In this document: in pieces, positions 15,496-25,582 of the stretch
Numbering within the stretch: the first letter of the stretch is position 1
Layout of the letters: each line of letters opens with the position of its first letter
Assembly: GCA_964400915.1 (NCBI GenBank)
Contig: CAYNWR010000001.1
Span: 12,917-47,022, forward strand
DNA length: 34,106 bases
Source of the DNA: an uncultured Burkholderiaceae bacterium
Lineage (GTDB): Bacteria; Pseudomonadota; Gammaproteobacteria; Burkholderiales; Burkholderiaceae_C
Direction of reading: 5' to 3'
Notes under the pieces: model-generated
The model's input: the letters and a program-made list of their open reading frames with translations, nothing else
Database searches by the model: none
What the model was told of the DNA's origin: nothing
Program-made: the position numbers and the translations under genes

Positions 15496-17397
15496 TCAGA
15501 CGCCCAGGCCCTGGATCAAGTCCTGGAAGATCGACTGGGCGATTTGAATCATCTTGGCGGCAGCCTGGTAGGACTGCTGGAACTGGATCAGGCGCGCGGC
15601 CTCCTCGTCCAGGTTGACACCAGCCACGGCCGTGCGCTCGCGCTCCGTCTGAGCTGCGATCACCTGCGAGACCTCGGTGGAGAACTGCGCGCTTTGCACC
15701 CGCGTGCCGATCTGGGACATCATGGACGCGTACCCGTCCGTCAGCGCAGCGCCATCAAAAAGCGTCAAGTCGCGCAAATTCAGCAAGGCCTCGGCGTTGC
15801 CGGCATTGCGGGGAACAAAAGCCTGCGTGGCGGGGTCGACGGTGATGGTGTCGCCGGCGTTCGGAATGCCGTTGAGCGTCAAGGTCCAGCCGTTGAAGCT
15901 GATGGGTTGACCCGGTGCATAGGTCACGCCGACCGGGTTGCCAGTACCCGTCCCAACCACATCAAAGGTGCCCGGCCCGGTGAAGGTGAGTTGCACCGTG
16001 GTGGTCAGGTTCGGATCGGCGGTGTTGGCGGTCAGGGACGACACCGCCAGGGTGCCGGTGTTGGCAATGCCAATGCGCGGCTCGACCGGATCGGCTACCG
16101 CCAGGCCACGGGGTGAGGAAATCACCGATTTCATGGCCGAAGCGGAGTTGTCGAAGGGCTTGATCAGAAAGCGCTCGCCGGAAACACCCGGTGTGACGAT
16201 CTGGAAACTCAAGCCATCGATGATGATGGGGTTGGTTGCGCCGTAGTCGAAAAGCGGCAGCGTCTCGCCACTGGGCTGCCGCGTCACCAGCACGCCCGTG
16301 CCCGCGTCAAACTGCAGTTCGTAGCTTGAAGCGGCCAGGCGCGTCACGTCGTCCACCGTCACAGCCACATTGCCGGTGCTGGCTGGATTGCTCCAGCGGC
16401 CCGCGGCGATGGTGGGCGGCAGAAACAGATCCCCACCGGCGTTGCCATCCAGATCAAGGCCCAGGCGGTGCTGGGCGTTGATGACGGTTGCCGATGAAAA
16501 AGCAATGCGATCCAGCAGGTTGCGCGCCTCTGCCATGTCGCGGTTGAGAAAACGCAGCAGGCCGGCCATCTCGCCGCCCACCAGGCGCGATTCGTCCAGC
16601 TCCACCGCAACGTTGCCGCGTTCCACCACCAGCACACGCGAGCCCGGGTCGGCAAAGGCGTTCTGCCGCACGGACACGGGTGCTGCTGTGGTGCCAAGCA
16701 CCAAGGCCTGACTGGCGCCGACAAACACGCTCAGGGTCCCGTCGTCGGCTTCGATCTGGGAGGTCTGCACGTACCGATTCAGTTCGCGAACGTATTGTTC
16801 GCGCTGATCGAGCAGGTCGTTGGGTGTCTGACCGTTTCCCTTGGCGCGCGAAATCTGATCGTTGACGGCAGCGATCTGGCGCGCCAGCCCATTGATGGCG
16901 GTGCCGTATTCGTCCAGCTGGTCGACGATCGCCTGCTGCAAATCGGTGATGCGTCCAGCGGCGGTGGAAAAACGCGCTGCGGTTTCCGACGCGCGTGTGA
17001 TCACGACGCTGCGCGCTGTGAGATCGGTCGGCGCATTGGCCACGTCCGACATCGCGTTGAGCATGTCCGACAGCGCCGCGCCCAGGCCGTTGCTGCCACC
17101 GGGAAAGATGTCCTGCAACTGGCGCAGCTTGTCCGATCGCTGCACGTCGGCGGCCTCCACCGAAGCGGCCAAAGCCGCCTGCACGGTCAGGAATTCGCTG
17201 TGCTCGCGTTCGATGGCCACCACATCGACACCCTTGCCGATGTAGCCGCCGCCCGTGAACTGCCCTTGCGTGGCCGCCAGGATGGCTTGCTGACGCGAGT
17301 AGCCGGGCGTGTTGACGTTGGCAATGTTGTTGCCAGTGGTTTGCAGGGCGGTCTGGTTGGCCAGCAGGGCCCGTGCGCCGACATTGAGAATGCCCAT
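15496..17397 (-). CDS. flgK: Flagellar hook-filament junction protein FlgK (HAP1)
   Basis: MGILNVGARALLANQTALQTTGNNIANVNTPGYSRQ N-terminal rod/hook motif. C-terminus GVNLDEEAARLIQFQQSYQAAAKMIQIAQSIF. 633 aa. Confidence 0.95.
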   Translation of the reverse strand: MGILNVGARALLANQTALQTTGNNIANVNTPGYSRQQAILAATQGQFTGGGYIGKGVDVVAIEREHSEFLTVQAALAASVEAADVQRSDKLRQLQDIFPGGSNGLGAALSDMLNAMSDVANAPTDLTARSVVITRASETAARFSTAAGRITDLQQAIVDQLDEYGTAINGLARQIAAVNDQISRAKGNGQTPNDLLDQREQYVRELNRYVQTSQIEADDGTLSVFVGASQALVLGTTAAPVSVRQNAFADPGSRVLVVERGNVAVELDESRLVGGEMAGLLRFLNRDMAEARNLLDRIAFSSATVINAQHRLGLDLDGNAGGDLFLPPTIAAGRWSNPASTGNVAVTVDDVTRLAASSYELQFDAGTGVLVTRQPSGETLPLFDYGATNPIIIDGLSFQIVTPGVSGERFLIKPFDNSASAMKSVISSPRGLAVADPVEPRIGIANTGTLAVSSLTANTADPNLTTTVQLTFTGPGTFDVVGTGTGNPVGVTYAPGQPISFNGWTLTLNGIPNAGDTITVDPATQAFVPRNAGNAEALLNLRDLTLFDGAALTDGYASMMSQIGTRVQSAQFSTEVSQVIAAQTERERTAVAGVNLDEEAARLIQFQQSYQAAAKMIQIAQSIFQDLIQGLGV

Positions 17398-17412
17398 GGT
17401 GTGCCCCGATCG

Positions 17413-18312
17413 TCAGGCCTGCGCCCGCGCCACGCGCAGGGTGCTGTTGATGGCCCGACTGAGCTTGCTGGCGTAGTCGGGATCGGTGGCATAGCCTGCA
17501 CGCTGCAGTTCGGTCGCATAACTCAGGGCGGATCCTGTCGCCTTGCGGGCAGCCGCGTAGCGCGGGCTGTCGCCGATCAGGCGGGCGTAGTCGCGGAAGG
17601 ACTCTTCGTAGGAGTCATAGGCACGAAACTTGGCCGTCACCTTGCGCGCCTCGCCGCCGACGTATTCGGTGGTGGTGATCTCGGCGACCTTGCCGGTCCA
17701 GCCGGCCCCTGCCTTGATGCCAAACAGGTTGAAGGACGTCGCGCCATCGGCCATCAGGATTTCGCGCTTGCCCCAGGCTGTTTCATGGCCGGCCTGACCC
17801 AGCATGTAGCTCGCCGGAATGCCACTGGATTGCTCCACCTTGTTCGCGATGGCACCCAGGCGTTGCACGAAGCTGGTCTGGTCGGCGCTGGGCGCAGCGG
17901 CCAGGGCGGCGTTCGTCGTGTGGGGCACGACCTTGCTGGTGGTGGCCGGAACCGGGGTCGTTGTGCTGCCCGTGGCGGCTTCTGTGGACGCCGTCTGCCG
18001 GGTGAGCTGGCGCACGATGGCATCGCTCAGACCGCCGGGCAGGCCCGACATCTGAACCGCCATCTGCTGATCGAACATGTCGGTGCCCAGGCGCTCGGAG
18101 GAGCTGTCGAGCAGGCCCGACTTCATCGTCGCATCGCGCATGCTCTTGATGAGTTCGCGCATGAACAGGGATTCGAGTTGCTTGGCAGCTTCCTTGATGG
18201 CGGCGGGCTGATCGGACCGGGCCTTGAGCGCATCCAGCGAACGCGCGTCAATGGCCAGACCGGGTGTGGCCTGACCGGAACCCGTGAGCGAAAGGCCCGC
18301 TGCCTTGACCAT
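17413..18312 (-). CDS. flgJ: Flagellar rod assembly protein / peptidoglycan hydrolase FlgJ
   Basis: N-terminal rod-binding domain (AAKQLESLFMRELIKSMRD) plus C-terminal glucosaminidase domain (ASYMLGQAGHETAWGKRE...FNLFGIKAG...FRAYDSYEESFRDYARLI). Confidence 0.93.
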   Translation of the reverse strand: MVKAAGLSLTGSGQATPGLAIDARSLDALKARSDQPAAIKEAAKQLESLFMRELIKSMRDATMKSGLLDSSSERLGTDMFDQQMAVQMSGLPGGLSDAIVRQLTRQTASTEAATGSTTTPVPATTSKVVPHTTNAALAAAPSADQTSFVQRLGAIANKVEQSSGIPASYMLGQAGHETAWGKREILMADGATSFNLFGIKAGAGWTGKVAEITTTEYVGGEARKVTAKFRAYDSYEESFRDYARLIGDSPRYAAARKATGSALSYATELQRAGYATDPDYASKLSRAINSTLRVARAQA

Positions 18313-18314
18313 GG

Positions 18315-19481
18315 CTAGATGACCTCCAGCTCAGCGTCCAGCGCACCAGCCGACTTGATCGCCTGGAGGATGGCCAACAGATCCTGAGGGGTTGCACCCA
18401 GGGCGTTGAGTGCGCGCACGACATCGGACAACTGCGGCGACTCAGGCACCTGGATCAGGATGCCCGGCTCCTGCTTGATCTGGATGTTGGTGCGCTCGGT
18501 GACCACCGTCTGCCCGCCCGTGGACAGGGCGTTGGGCTGGCTGACCACCGGCGTGGAGCTGATGGAGATCGACAGGTTGCCGTGTGCGATGGCGCACGGC
18601 CCCAGGGTGACGGCCTGATTCAGCACGATGGAGCCGGTTCGCGAATTGATCACCACCTTGGCCGATGGGATCGCGCGCTCCATCTTGAGGTCTTCAATCT
18701 CGGCGATGAAGCTGACGCGTTCGGATGGTTCGGTGGGCGCCTTGACTTCAACGGTTCGGGCATCCAGCGCGCGCGCCACACCGTCGCCCAGCCGGTCATT
18801 GATGGCCTGTGCCACCCGGCGCGCGGTCTGGAAATCGGCGGAGTTCAGGCCAAGACGGATGCTCTCGCCTTCTTGCAGGGGCGTGGGAACGGTGCGCTCG
18901 ACCTGGGCGCCGCCGGGCACGCGGCCCGCGCTCAGATGGTTGATCTGTACCTTGCTGCCGCCGGCGGCTGCACCGGCTCCACCGACAATCAGATTGCCCT
19001 GGGCCACGGCGTAGACCTCGCCATCAATGCCACGCAGCGGTGTGGTGATGAGCGTGCCACCTTTTAGCGACTTGGCATTGCCCATGGAGGACACATTCAC
19101 GTCGATGTGCTGGCCGGGTTGTGCGAACGCCGGCAGCTGTGCCGTGACCAGCACGGCCGCGACGTTCTTGATCTGCAATTGCGAGGCGGCCGCTGCCGGC
19201 AGTGTGATGCCCATCTGCTGCAGGTAGTTCGACAGGCTCTGCGAGGTGTAGGGCATCTGCGTCGTCTGGTCGCCGGTTCCGTCGAGCCCGACCACCAGGC
19301 CGTAGCCTGTGAGCTGGTTGCTGCGCACGCCGTTCACAGCGGCGATTTCCTTGATGCGAGTGGCCATGGCGGGTGCCGAACAGGTACCCAGGCTTGCCAT
19401 TGCGACAATTGCTATTAAAAATCTAGCAATCATCGAAGATCCGACGCTCGCCAAGGGCTGAAAAGACCAGGAGTTGCTCAT
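18315..19481 (-). CDS. flgI: Flagellar P-ring protein FlgI
   Basis: Signal peptide ...MIARFLIAIVAMASLGTCSAPAMA, then RIKEIAAVNGVRSNQLTGYGLVVGLDGTGDQ (canonical FlgI). ATG at 19481 has a GAGG SD 6 nt upstream. ATG at 19433 or the track start at 19529 are alternatives. Confidence 0.94.
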   Translation of the reverse strand: MSNSWSFQPLASVGSSMIARFLIAIVAMASLGTCSAPAMATRIKEIAAVNGVRSNQLTGYGLVVGLDGTGDQTTQMPYTSQSLSNYLQQMGITLPAAAASQLQIKNVAAVLVTAQLPAFAQPGQHIDVNVSSMGNAKSLKGGTLITTPLRGIDGEVYAVAQGNLIVGGAGAAAGGSKVQINHLSAGRVPGGAQVERTVPTPLQEGESIRLGLNSADFQTARRVAQAINDRLGDGVARALDARTVEVKAPTEPSERVSFIAEIEDLKMERAIPSAKVVINSRTGSIVLNQAVTLGPCAIAHGNLSISISSTPVVSQPNALSTGGQTVVTERTNIQIKQEPGILIQVPESPQLSDVVRALNALGATPQDLLAILQAIKSAGALDAELEVI

Positions 19482-19489
19482 GTCGGACC

Positions 19490-20203
19490 TCAAAAGGGCA
19501 GGACGCTCATGAAGATGCGCGACAGCCACCCCATCACCTGCGCCTCGTTCTGCTGACCGCGCCCGCGTGACTCGATGCGGGCGTTGGCCACTTGCGTCGA
19601 AGCGACGACATTGCCGGCCTGAATCACCTTGGGATCCACCGTGCCGGAGAAGCGCAGCACGTCGACGTTCTGGTTCACGCCGATTTGCTTGTCACCCGCC
19701 AGAACCAGATGCCCGTTGGGCAACACGTCAATGACCGTGGCCGTGATCGTGCCCGAGAAGGTGTTGGCGCTTTCAGTTCCGCCCTTGCCCGAAAAGACAT
19801 TCGAGGACTTGGCCCCCAGAGTAAGCTTGTCCGTTGTGTTGGACTTGAGGAACGGAAAGGCGCTCACGCTGCCGTCCAGCGCCGAGCTTCGATCGACCGT
19901 GGAGGTTGATTTTTGACTGGCGCTGACGTTTTCCGTGATCTGGATGGTGATCGAGTCACCGACCAGCCGGGCGCGGCGGTCTTCGAAGCCGGGGCGGAAC
20001 GTGCTGGCGTGAAACAGGCTTCCGTTGCTGGGAAGCTGGGCACGCGACACCGGTGCAGCGGGTCGGGGCGGCGGGGGCGTGTCGGTGAAATCGACGGTCG
20101 GCGTCTTGGGCATGTAGCTGCAACCGGACAGACCGGCCAGCCCTGCGACAGCACAGGCGACGACGAACCGGTGTAGCACGCGATGGAAGCGGGATGGGTT
20201 CAT
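19490..20203 (-). CDS. flgH: Flagellar L-ring lipoprotein FlgH
   Basis: Lipobox LAGLSGC after a signal peptide. GDSITIQITENVSASQKS and the C-terminal GWLSRIFMSVLPF are typical of FlgH. ATG at 20203 is preceded by GAGGG (track start GTG at 20215). Confidence 0.94.
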   Translation of the reverse strand: MNPSRFHRVLHRFVVACAVAGLAGLSGCSYMPKTPTVDFTDTPPPPRPAAPVSRAQLPSNGSLFHASTFRPGFEDRRARLVGDSITIQITENVSASQKSTSTVDRSSALDGSVSAFPFLKSNTTDKLTLGAKSSNVFSGKGGTESANTFSGTITATVIDVLPNGHLVLAGDKQIGVNQNVDVLRFSGTVDPKVIQAGNVVASTQVANARIESRGRGQQNEAQVMGWLSRIFMSVLPF

Positions 20204-20211
20204 CGTGGCCC

Positions 20212-20994
20212 TCACAGCTGGCCAAGCCGCTGCAGCATCTGGTCTGATGTCTGGATGGCTTTTGAGTTCATCTCATAGGCGCGCTGGGTCTGGATCATGT
20301 TGACCAGCTCCTGCACGACGTTCACGTTGGAGGCTTCCAGAAAGCCCTGCATCAAGGTGCCCAGCCCGTTTTGACCGGGCGTGCCGTTGTTGGGCTGCCC
20401 CGAGGCGGCGGTTTCGGTGAAGATGTTGCCCCCACGCGGCTCCAGACCGGCAGGGTTGATGAACTGGGTCAGGGTGATGTTGCCAAGCGCCTGGGGGGTG
20501 GCGCTGCCCGGCACCATCGCGGTGACGGCGCCATCCCCCGAGATGCTGATCGACTGGGCGTTGATGGGGATCGTGACGCCGTTGGCGACCACCAGGCCAG
20601 CGGACGTGACCAGCTGGCCCTGCGAGTTCACCTGGAAGCTGCCATCGCGGGTGTAGCCGGTGGTTCCGTCGGGCAAAGTGACCTGAAAGAACCCGTCCCC
20701 CTTGACGGCGACATCCAGGGTGTTGCTGCTTTGGGTCAGGCCGCCGTGCGCAAAATTGCGGCTGGTCGCAACGGTTCGCACCCCCAGGCCGATCTGCAGA
20801 CCCGTCGGCAGCTGCGCCTGCTCGCTGTTGGCTGCGCCCACCTGGCGCAGGTTCTGGTAGATCAGATCCTCGAAGATGGCGTTGGCCTTCTTGTAGCCCG
20901 TCGTCGACACGTTGGCAAGGTTGTGCGCAATGACGTCCAGCTGGGTCTGTTGCGCCTCCATGCCCGTCTTTGAGATCCACAGTGAATTGATCAT
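20212..20994 (-). CDS. flgG: Flagellar distal rod protein FlgG
   Basis: [36 protein letters not shown] ... C-terminal [36 protein letters not shown]. Confidence 0.97.
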   Translation of the reverse strand: MINSLWISKTGMEAQQTQLDVIAHNLANVSTTGYKKANAIFEDLIYQNLRQVGAANSEQAQLPTGLQIGLGVRTVATSRNFAHGGLTQSSNTLDVAVKGDGFFQVTLPDGTTGYTRDGSFQVNSQGQLVTSAGLVVANGVTIPINAQSISISGDGAVTAMVPGSATPQALGNITLTQFINPAGLEPRGGNIFTETAASGQPNNGTPGQNGLGTLMQGFLEASNVNVVQELVNMIQTQRAYEMNSKAIQTSDQMLQRLGQL

Positions 20995-21032
20995 GGTGCT
21001 TGCCTTGGTGTGTGGTGGGGTGCGGGACGCCG

Positions 21033-21773
21033 TCAGCCCTGGATGTTGAGCAATTGGGCGGCTGTCTTGTCGTTCGACTCGGCCAGTTGCAGCAAGCGCA
21101 TCTGCACTTCAAACTGGCGTGCCACTTCAATCATTCCGACCATCGACTCCACAGCGTTGACGTTCGAGCCTTCCAGCGCGCCCGTCTGGATGCGTGCGTT
21201 GGCGTCGTTGGGCAGCGGATCACCCGACGCTGCGCGAAACAGACCGTCGGCGCCGCGCTTGATGGGGTCGTCTGCGGTGGGCGTCACGAGCTTGAGGCGT
21301 CCGATGTTGGTGGCGGGCTGGTTGCCAACCTTGGCCGTGATCGTTCCATCAACGCCCAGTGTGACCTGCGCATTGGGGGGCACATCGATGGGGGCCCCGC
21401 CGTCGGAGAGGATGGGCAGGCCGCTGGGGCCCACGAGCTGACCGGTGGTGGAGACTTCCATGCCGCCATTGCGCGTGTAGGCCTCCGTGCCATCGAGTGC
21501 CTGCACCGCAAACCAGGCGTTGCCCTGGGCCGCAGCGTCCAGCGCCCGGTTGGTGCGCTGAATGGCGCCAGGGGTGTCCAGGTGCCCGGCGGTGGCTTCG
21601 AGCGCAAACACACGGGTGGTCGAGCCCTCGCCGCGCAGGGGAACGGAGCGAAACGTCGCCAACTCGGCTCGAAATCCCTGCGTCGAGGCGTTGGCCAGGT
21701 TGTTGGCCAACACGCCCTGGCGCGCCACCGCAGCGCTGGCGCCGGTCATCGACGTGTAGATCAGGCGGTCCAT
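21033..21773 (-). CDS. flgF: Flagellar proximal rod protein FlgF
   Basis: [37 protein letters not shown] ... [29 protein letters not shown]. 246 aa, between flgE and flgG. Confidence 0.95.
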   Translation of the reverse strand: MDRLIYTSMTGASAAVARQGVLANNLANASTQGFRAELATFRSVPLRGEGSTTRVFALEATAGHLDTPGAIQRTNRALDAAAQGNAWFAVQALDGTEAYTRNGGMEVSTTGQLVGPSGLPILSDGGAPIDVPPNAQVTLGVDGTITAKVGNQPATNIGRLKLVTPTADDPIKRGADGLFRAASGDPLPNDANARIQTGALEGSNVNAVESMVGMIEVARQFEVQMRLLQLAESNDKTAAQLLNIQG

Positions 21774-21806
21774 GGTGTTTCAGTGCCTTGAGGCGGTCCA
21801 GCTGCC

Positions 21807-23012
21807 TTACTTCAGGCTCACCAGGGTCTGCAAGACCTGGTCCTGCGTGCGGATGGTCTGTGCGTTGGCCTGATAGGTGCGCTGCGCCGTCATCATGTTG
21901 ACGAGTTCGGCCGTCAGGTCCACGTTGGAGTCTTCCAGGGCCCCGGCCCGGATCGAGCCGAACTTGCCCTGAGCCGGCGCGCCACGCACGGGCTGACCCG
22001 ATTCGAAGGATTCGGTCCAGAAGCTGCCACCCTGTGGCGCCAGACCTTGTAGGTTGCGGAAGTTGGCCAGACCCACTTGACCGGCCGCCTGGGTCTGTCC
22101 ATTCGAGTAGCGCGCCGTGACGATGCCGCTTTCCTCGATGTTCAGGCCCGTCAATTCGCCCGCGGTGTAGCCATCCTGGGTCAGGTCGGACACCGCGAAG
22201 CGGGTTCCGTATTGGGTGACGCTCTCGACGTCCAGCGTGACGTTGAAGGCGCCGATGTTGGTGTTGGGTGACGTCACGCTCAGCGTGAGCGGACTTGGTG
22301 TCGTCGGCAGCACGATCTTGCCGGTGATATCGAAGGTCAGCGAGAAGACCGGTGCCCCAGCCGGATCGGTGTAGACGTCCCAGGTGTCGGTAGCGGATTT
22401 GCTGAAGTACAGCGACACCGGAACCTCGACGCCTTGGGAGTCGTAGGTGACGATCGACGTGCCGTAGGTTGTGATCGGCGTGGGTGGTGTCGCGGTGGCC
22501 GCCACCGGTGCGCGTGCATCGAGGTTGAACTCCGCCACGATTTCAGTGGTCTGGCTTGCCGCAATGGGTGCGCTGGTTGGCAGCGTCAGGGGGACGAAAT
22601 CGGAGCTGGTGGGTGTGCCGGCCAGGTCCGTGGCGTAGCCCATCAACTGGGCGCCGTTGTTGGTCACGACCCGCCCGTCACGGTCGAGCTTGAACTGCCC
22701 GGCTCGTGTGTAGGCCGTCGATCCGTCGGCCTGCTGCACCTGAAAGAAACCCTGGCCATTGATGGCCAGATCCAGCGAATTGCCCGTGATGGTCAAGTTG
22801 CCCTGGCTGAAATCCTGTGAAACCACCGCGACCTCGGCACCGAGTCCTTCGCTGATCCCGCCCGCTGCGCCGACCGACGCTGCAAAGATTTCCGAGAACT
22901 CGGCCCGGCCGGCCTTCATGCCTGTGGTGTTGGCATTGGCGATGTTGTGGCCGATCACATCGAGGCCGCGACTGGCCGCGTTGAGTCCCGAGAGTCCTTG
23001 TTGAAATGCCAT
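21807..23012 (-). CDS. flgE: Flagellar hook protein FlgE
   Basis: MAFQQGLSGLNAASRGLDVIGHNIANANTTGMK ... LEDSNVDLTAELVNMMTAQRTYQANAQTIRTQDQVL. 401 aa. Confidence 0.96.
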   Translation of the reverse strand: MAFQQGLSGLNAASRGLDVIGHNIANANTTGMKAGRAEFSEIFAASVGAAGGISEGLGAEVAVVSQDFSQGNLTITGNSLDLAINGQGFFQVQQADGSTAYTRAGQFKLDRDGRVVTNNGAQLMGYATDLAGTPTSSDFVPLTLPTSAPIAASQTTEIVAEFNLDARAPVAATATPPTPITTYGTSIVTYDSQGVEVPVSLYFSKSATDTWDVYTDPAGAPVFSLTFDITGKIVLPTTPSPLTLSVTSPNTNIGAFNVTLDVESVTQYGTRFAVSDLTQDGYTAGELTGLNIEESGIVTARYSNGQTQAAGQVGLANFRNLQGLAPQGGSFWTESFESGQPVRGAPAQGKFGSIRAGALEDSNVDLTAELVNMMTAQRTYQANAQTIRTQDQVLQTLVSLK

Positions 23013-23036
23013 GTGGTGCTCCTGAAGAAATTGAGA

Positions 23037-23702
23037 TCAGAGGACGGCCTTGAGCGACGTGTAGGACGCTTCGCCGGCCTTTTGAAGTTGGAGGGTCAAG
23101 GCGCCATCCTTGGCGGCGGCCGAAACCACCTTGTCGCGCATGAGGGCGGTGCTGGCGACGGCTTGTTCGCCATTGCTGGCCGTCACGCGAAAACGCAGAT
23201 CGCTGGTGGTGCCGTTGTAAGCCGCCGCGTCCCATTCGAAGGCGTGGCGACCCCCAGCGAGGTTGCCCATGTCGACGGTGCCGACCACCTGCCCTCCGGG
23301 GGTCAGCATCTCAACCTTGACGCTGCCTGCGTTGCCGGAAAGATCGAAACTGCCAAGGCCCTTCTTGTCCTCGTTCACGGCGAGCTTGTTGCCTTCCACC
23401 AGAACCTCGCGCCCGACCAGCGCCGTGCCTTGCAGCAGTTGCATCGAAGCGATCTGGCTTGCCACCGCCTTGAGCGTGTCGTTCACCTGCTGGATTCCGC
23501 TGACGGTGTTGATCTGTGCGATCTGCGAGGTCAGTTGCGCGTTGTCCAGGGGGTTCATCGGATCCTGGTTGTTCAGCTGTGCGACGAGCAGTTTCAGGAA
23601 GCGATCCTGGGTCGCCTCGGTGGTGCTTTCGGCAGCGACCTTTTCGTTCGCGGTGCTGGCTGTCGTGGTCGTGACTGCCGACGTGTTGGTGATGCTGGCC
23701 AT
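23037..23702 (-). CDS. flgD: Flagellar hook assembly (capping) protein FlgD
   Basis: DRFLKLLVAQLNNQDPMNPLDNAQLTSQIAQINTVSG is the conserved FlgD N-terminal motif. A beta-rich C-terminal domain follows. Confidence 0.95.
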   Translation of the reverse strand: MASITNTSAVTTTTASTANEKVAAESTTEATQDRFLKLLVAQLNNQDPMNPLDNAQLTSQIAQINTVSGIQQVNDTLKAVASQIASMQLLQGTALVGREVLVEGNKLAVNEDKKGLGSFDLSGNAGSVKVEMLTPGGQVVGTVDMGNLAGGRHAFEWDAAAYNGTTSDLRFRVTASNGEQAVASTALMRDKVVSAAAKDGALTLQLQKAGEASYTSLKAVL

Positions 23703-23728
23703 GGGGGCTCCTGTTCCGATCGTCGGTC

Positions 23729-24133
23729 TTATTGACCCAGCTGCATCGTTTTTTGCAGCAAGGTCTTGGCGGTGTTCATGACTTCAACGTTGTTCTGGTA
23801 GGAGCGGGAGGCCGAAATCATGTTGACCATCTCCTCCACGGCGTTCACGTTGGAGTGGTTGACGTAGCCCTCGCCATCTGCCGACGGGTGATTGGGTTCA
23901 TAGACCCTCCGACCGGGCGCTTCGCTTTCGATCAGGTTGCTGACCTTGACGCCGGCAGAACCTTCCCCGCCCATTGGTACGGTCTGAAACACGACCTGTC
24001 GGGCCTTGTACGTTTTGCCGTCCGGACCCGCGACCGCCTCGACGTTGGCCAGGTTGCTGGCGACCGCGTTCAGGCGCTGCGATTGGGCGCTCACGGCACT
24101 GCCGGAGATGTGAAAGATGGAAAACATCGACAT
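23729..24133 (-). CDS. flgC: Flagellar proximal rod protein FlgC
   Basis: MSMFSIFHISGSAVSAQSQRLNAVASNLANVEA ... SNVNAVEEMVNMISASRSYQNNVEVMNTAKTLL. 134 aa. Confidence 0.96.
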   Translation of the reverse strand: MSMFSIFHISGSAVSAQSQRLNAVASNLANVEAVAGPDGKTYKARQVVFQTVPMGGEGSAGVKVSNLIESEAPGRRVYEPNHPSADGEGYVNHSNVNAVEEMVNMISASRSYQNNVEVMNTAKTLLQKTMQLGQ

Positions 24134-24158
24134 GGTGGTTGCCTCTTTCGCCTTTGAT

Positions 24159-24602
24159 TCACTGGCCCTGGATGGCGCTCAGCAGCGTCTTGGACTTGCC
24201 ACTGACAAAGCGCAGGGTGGCTTCGTAGCGAATCGCGTTGTCCACAAAGCTCGCGCGCTCGCGATCCAGGTCGACGGTGTTGTTGTCCATGGCCGGTTGG
24301 CTGTTGAGGGCATAGGCCGGCCGCATCGAGCCGCTGGCGCTGCTGTAGGTGCCTGCGGCTTGGGCGACCGGGATGTGCCGCGCATGAGAGCGGCCGTCCT
24401 GAGCTGCGCCTTGCCGTGTCAAGGCCTGTCCAAGCCCGCTGGATTGCGCATCAGCAATGGCTTGCTTGAAGTTGAAATCGCGGGCGATGTACCCCGGGGT
24501 GTCTGCGTTGGCGATGTTGCTAGCGATCACGCGCTGACGCTCGGCCCGCAGCACCAACGCATCCGCGTGGAAACCGATCTGGCTGGTCAACTTGTCGAGC
24601 AT
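24159..24602 (-). CDS. flgB: Flagellar proximal rod protein FlgB
   Basis: ATG at 24600-24602 is preceded by GGAGG 5 nt upstream. MLDKLTSQIGFHADALVLRAERQRVIASNIANADTPGYIARD is canonical FlgB. The 15-aa extension in the track ORF is unsupported. Confidence 0.95.
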   Translation of the reverse strand: MLDKLTSQIGFHADALVLRAERQRVIASNIANADTPGYIARDFNFKQAIADAQSSGLGQALTRQGAAQDGRSHARHIPVAQAAGTYSSASGSMRPAYALNSQPAMDNNTVDLDRERASFVDNAIRYEATLRFVSGKSKTLLSAIQGQ

Positions 24603-24781
24603 TCGATCCTCCGCATCCAACCGCGCACACGGTGGCCAGGGCGACACCGCCCCGTACGGAAATTATTCGAAGAACTTGAAATCCCGAAGCCGCGATATGC
24701 GGGCGATTGCGCACGCTGTTCCAGGCTTTCAAGGCGGTATGCCCTCGATACAGTTAACGGCGAAGCTGCGGGAGACTTGAG

Positions 24782-25537
24782 ATGAATTTGATCCACCGAG
24801 GCGCTCTGTTGTGCCACAAGGCAGTTGCCGGCCCCTGGCGTCGCGCCGCTCTGTGCCTGATGCTGGTGTGCGGGTCTGCGCAGGTTCCGGCACAAGAGCC
24901 CGGTGCCGACGCTCTGGCGGGCGTGCGCGAATGGATCGATCAGTCGCTGGAGTCGTTCAAGGAGTCTCGGGAGCATGGCTTGCGGGTGGAGGTCGAGGTG
25001 GGTCGCGTGGATCCCAGGCTGCGCCTGGCGCCCTGTGGGCAGATCGAGCCCTACCTGCCACCGGGTTCGCGACTGTGGGGGCGCACCCGCGTCGCCCTGC
25101 GGTGCGTGGATGGTCAAAGCCGCTGGAACATCACGATTCCGGTGACGGTCAAGGCCTGGGGCACGGCCTGGGTTCTCAAGCGCGACGTGGCGGCAGGTGC
25201 AGCGATCGAAGACAGCGATGTAATGGCCGCCGAAGTGGACTGGGCGGCCGAAGCCTCTCCCGTGCTGGTCAAACCCCGGGTCTGGGTTGGGCAGGTGGCG
25301 TCACGCAACCTGGGCGCCGGGCAAGCCATCCGCGCTTCGTCACTGAAGGCTGCAATGGTGTTCCATTCAGGCACCCAAGTGCGGGTTCTGGCGGTCGGCC
25401 GGGGCTTCACGATTTCCGCCGATGGTCAAGCCCTGACGTCGGGCTCGGTCGGCCAGACCGCTCGAGTGCGAATGGACAACGGCCGTATCTTGAACGGCAC
25501 CGTTCTGGATGCAAACACAGTTCGGGTTCAAATATGA
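24782..25537 (+). CDS. flgA: Flagellar P-ring assembly chaperone FlgA
   Basis: Divergent from flgB. Signal-peptide-like N-terminus. C-terminal SAF-type region (VKRDVAAGAAIEDSDV...GQVASRNLGAGQAI...GTQVRVLAVGRGFTISADGQALTSGSVGQTARVRMDNGRILNGTV) is typical of FlgA. GGGAGA SD lies before the ATG. Confidence 0.9.
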   Translation: MNLIHRGALLCHKAVAGPWRRAALCLMLVCGSAQVPAQEPGADALAGVREWIDQSLESFKESREHGLRVEVEVGRVDPRLRLAPCGQIEPYLPPGSRLWGRTRVALRCVDGQSRWNITIPVTVKAWGTAWVLKRDVAAGAAIEDSDVMAAEVDWAAEASPVLVKPRVWVGQVASRNLGAGQAIRASSLKAAMVFHSGTQVRVLAVGRGFTISADGQALTSGSVGQTARVRMDNGRILNGTVLDANTVRVQI

Positions 25538-25582
25538 CCCCCCATCCGTTGAACAAGGGCTGGATTGCCCCCCAGATTCCGC

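Noticed and set aside
16795-18318. 507-aa plus-strand ORF antisense to flgK and flgJ
   Set aside because: It lies entirely opposite two unmistakable flagellar genes. The translation is Arg/Gly/Ala/His-rich with no recognisable motifs, as expected for stop-poor antisense frames in GC-rich DNA.
24653-24679. Sigma-28-like element TCAAGTTC-N11-TCCGTACG upstream of flgB
   Set aside because: The -35 part and the spacing are good, but the -10 part matches only 3/8 of GCCGATAA (CGTA instead of CGAT). flgB operons are normally class 2, not FliA-dependent.
24708-24723. Sigma-54-like element TGGAAC-agcgt-GCGCA on the flgB strand
   Set aside because: The GG and GC spacing is correct, but the conserved C of TGGCAC and the TT of TTGC are missing. 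It sits ~105 nt from the flgB ATG. It is too weak to call without a genome-specific model.
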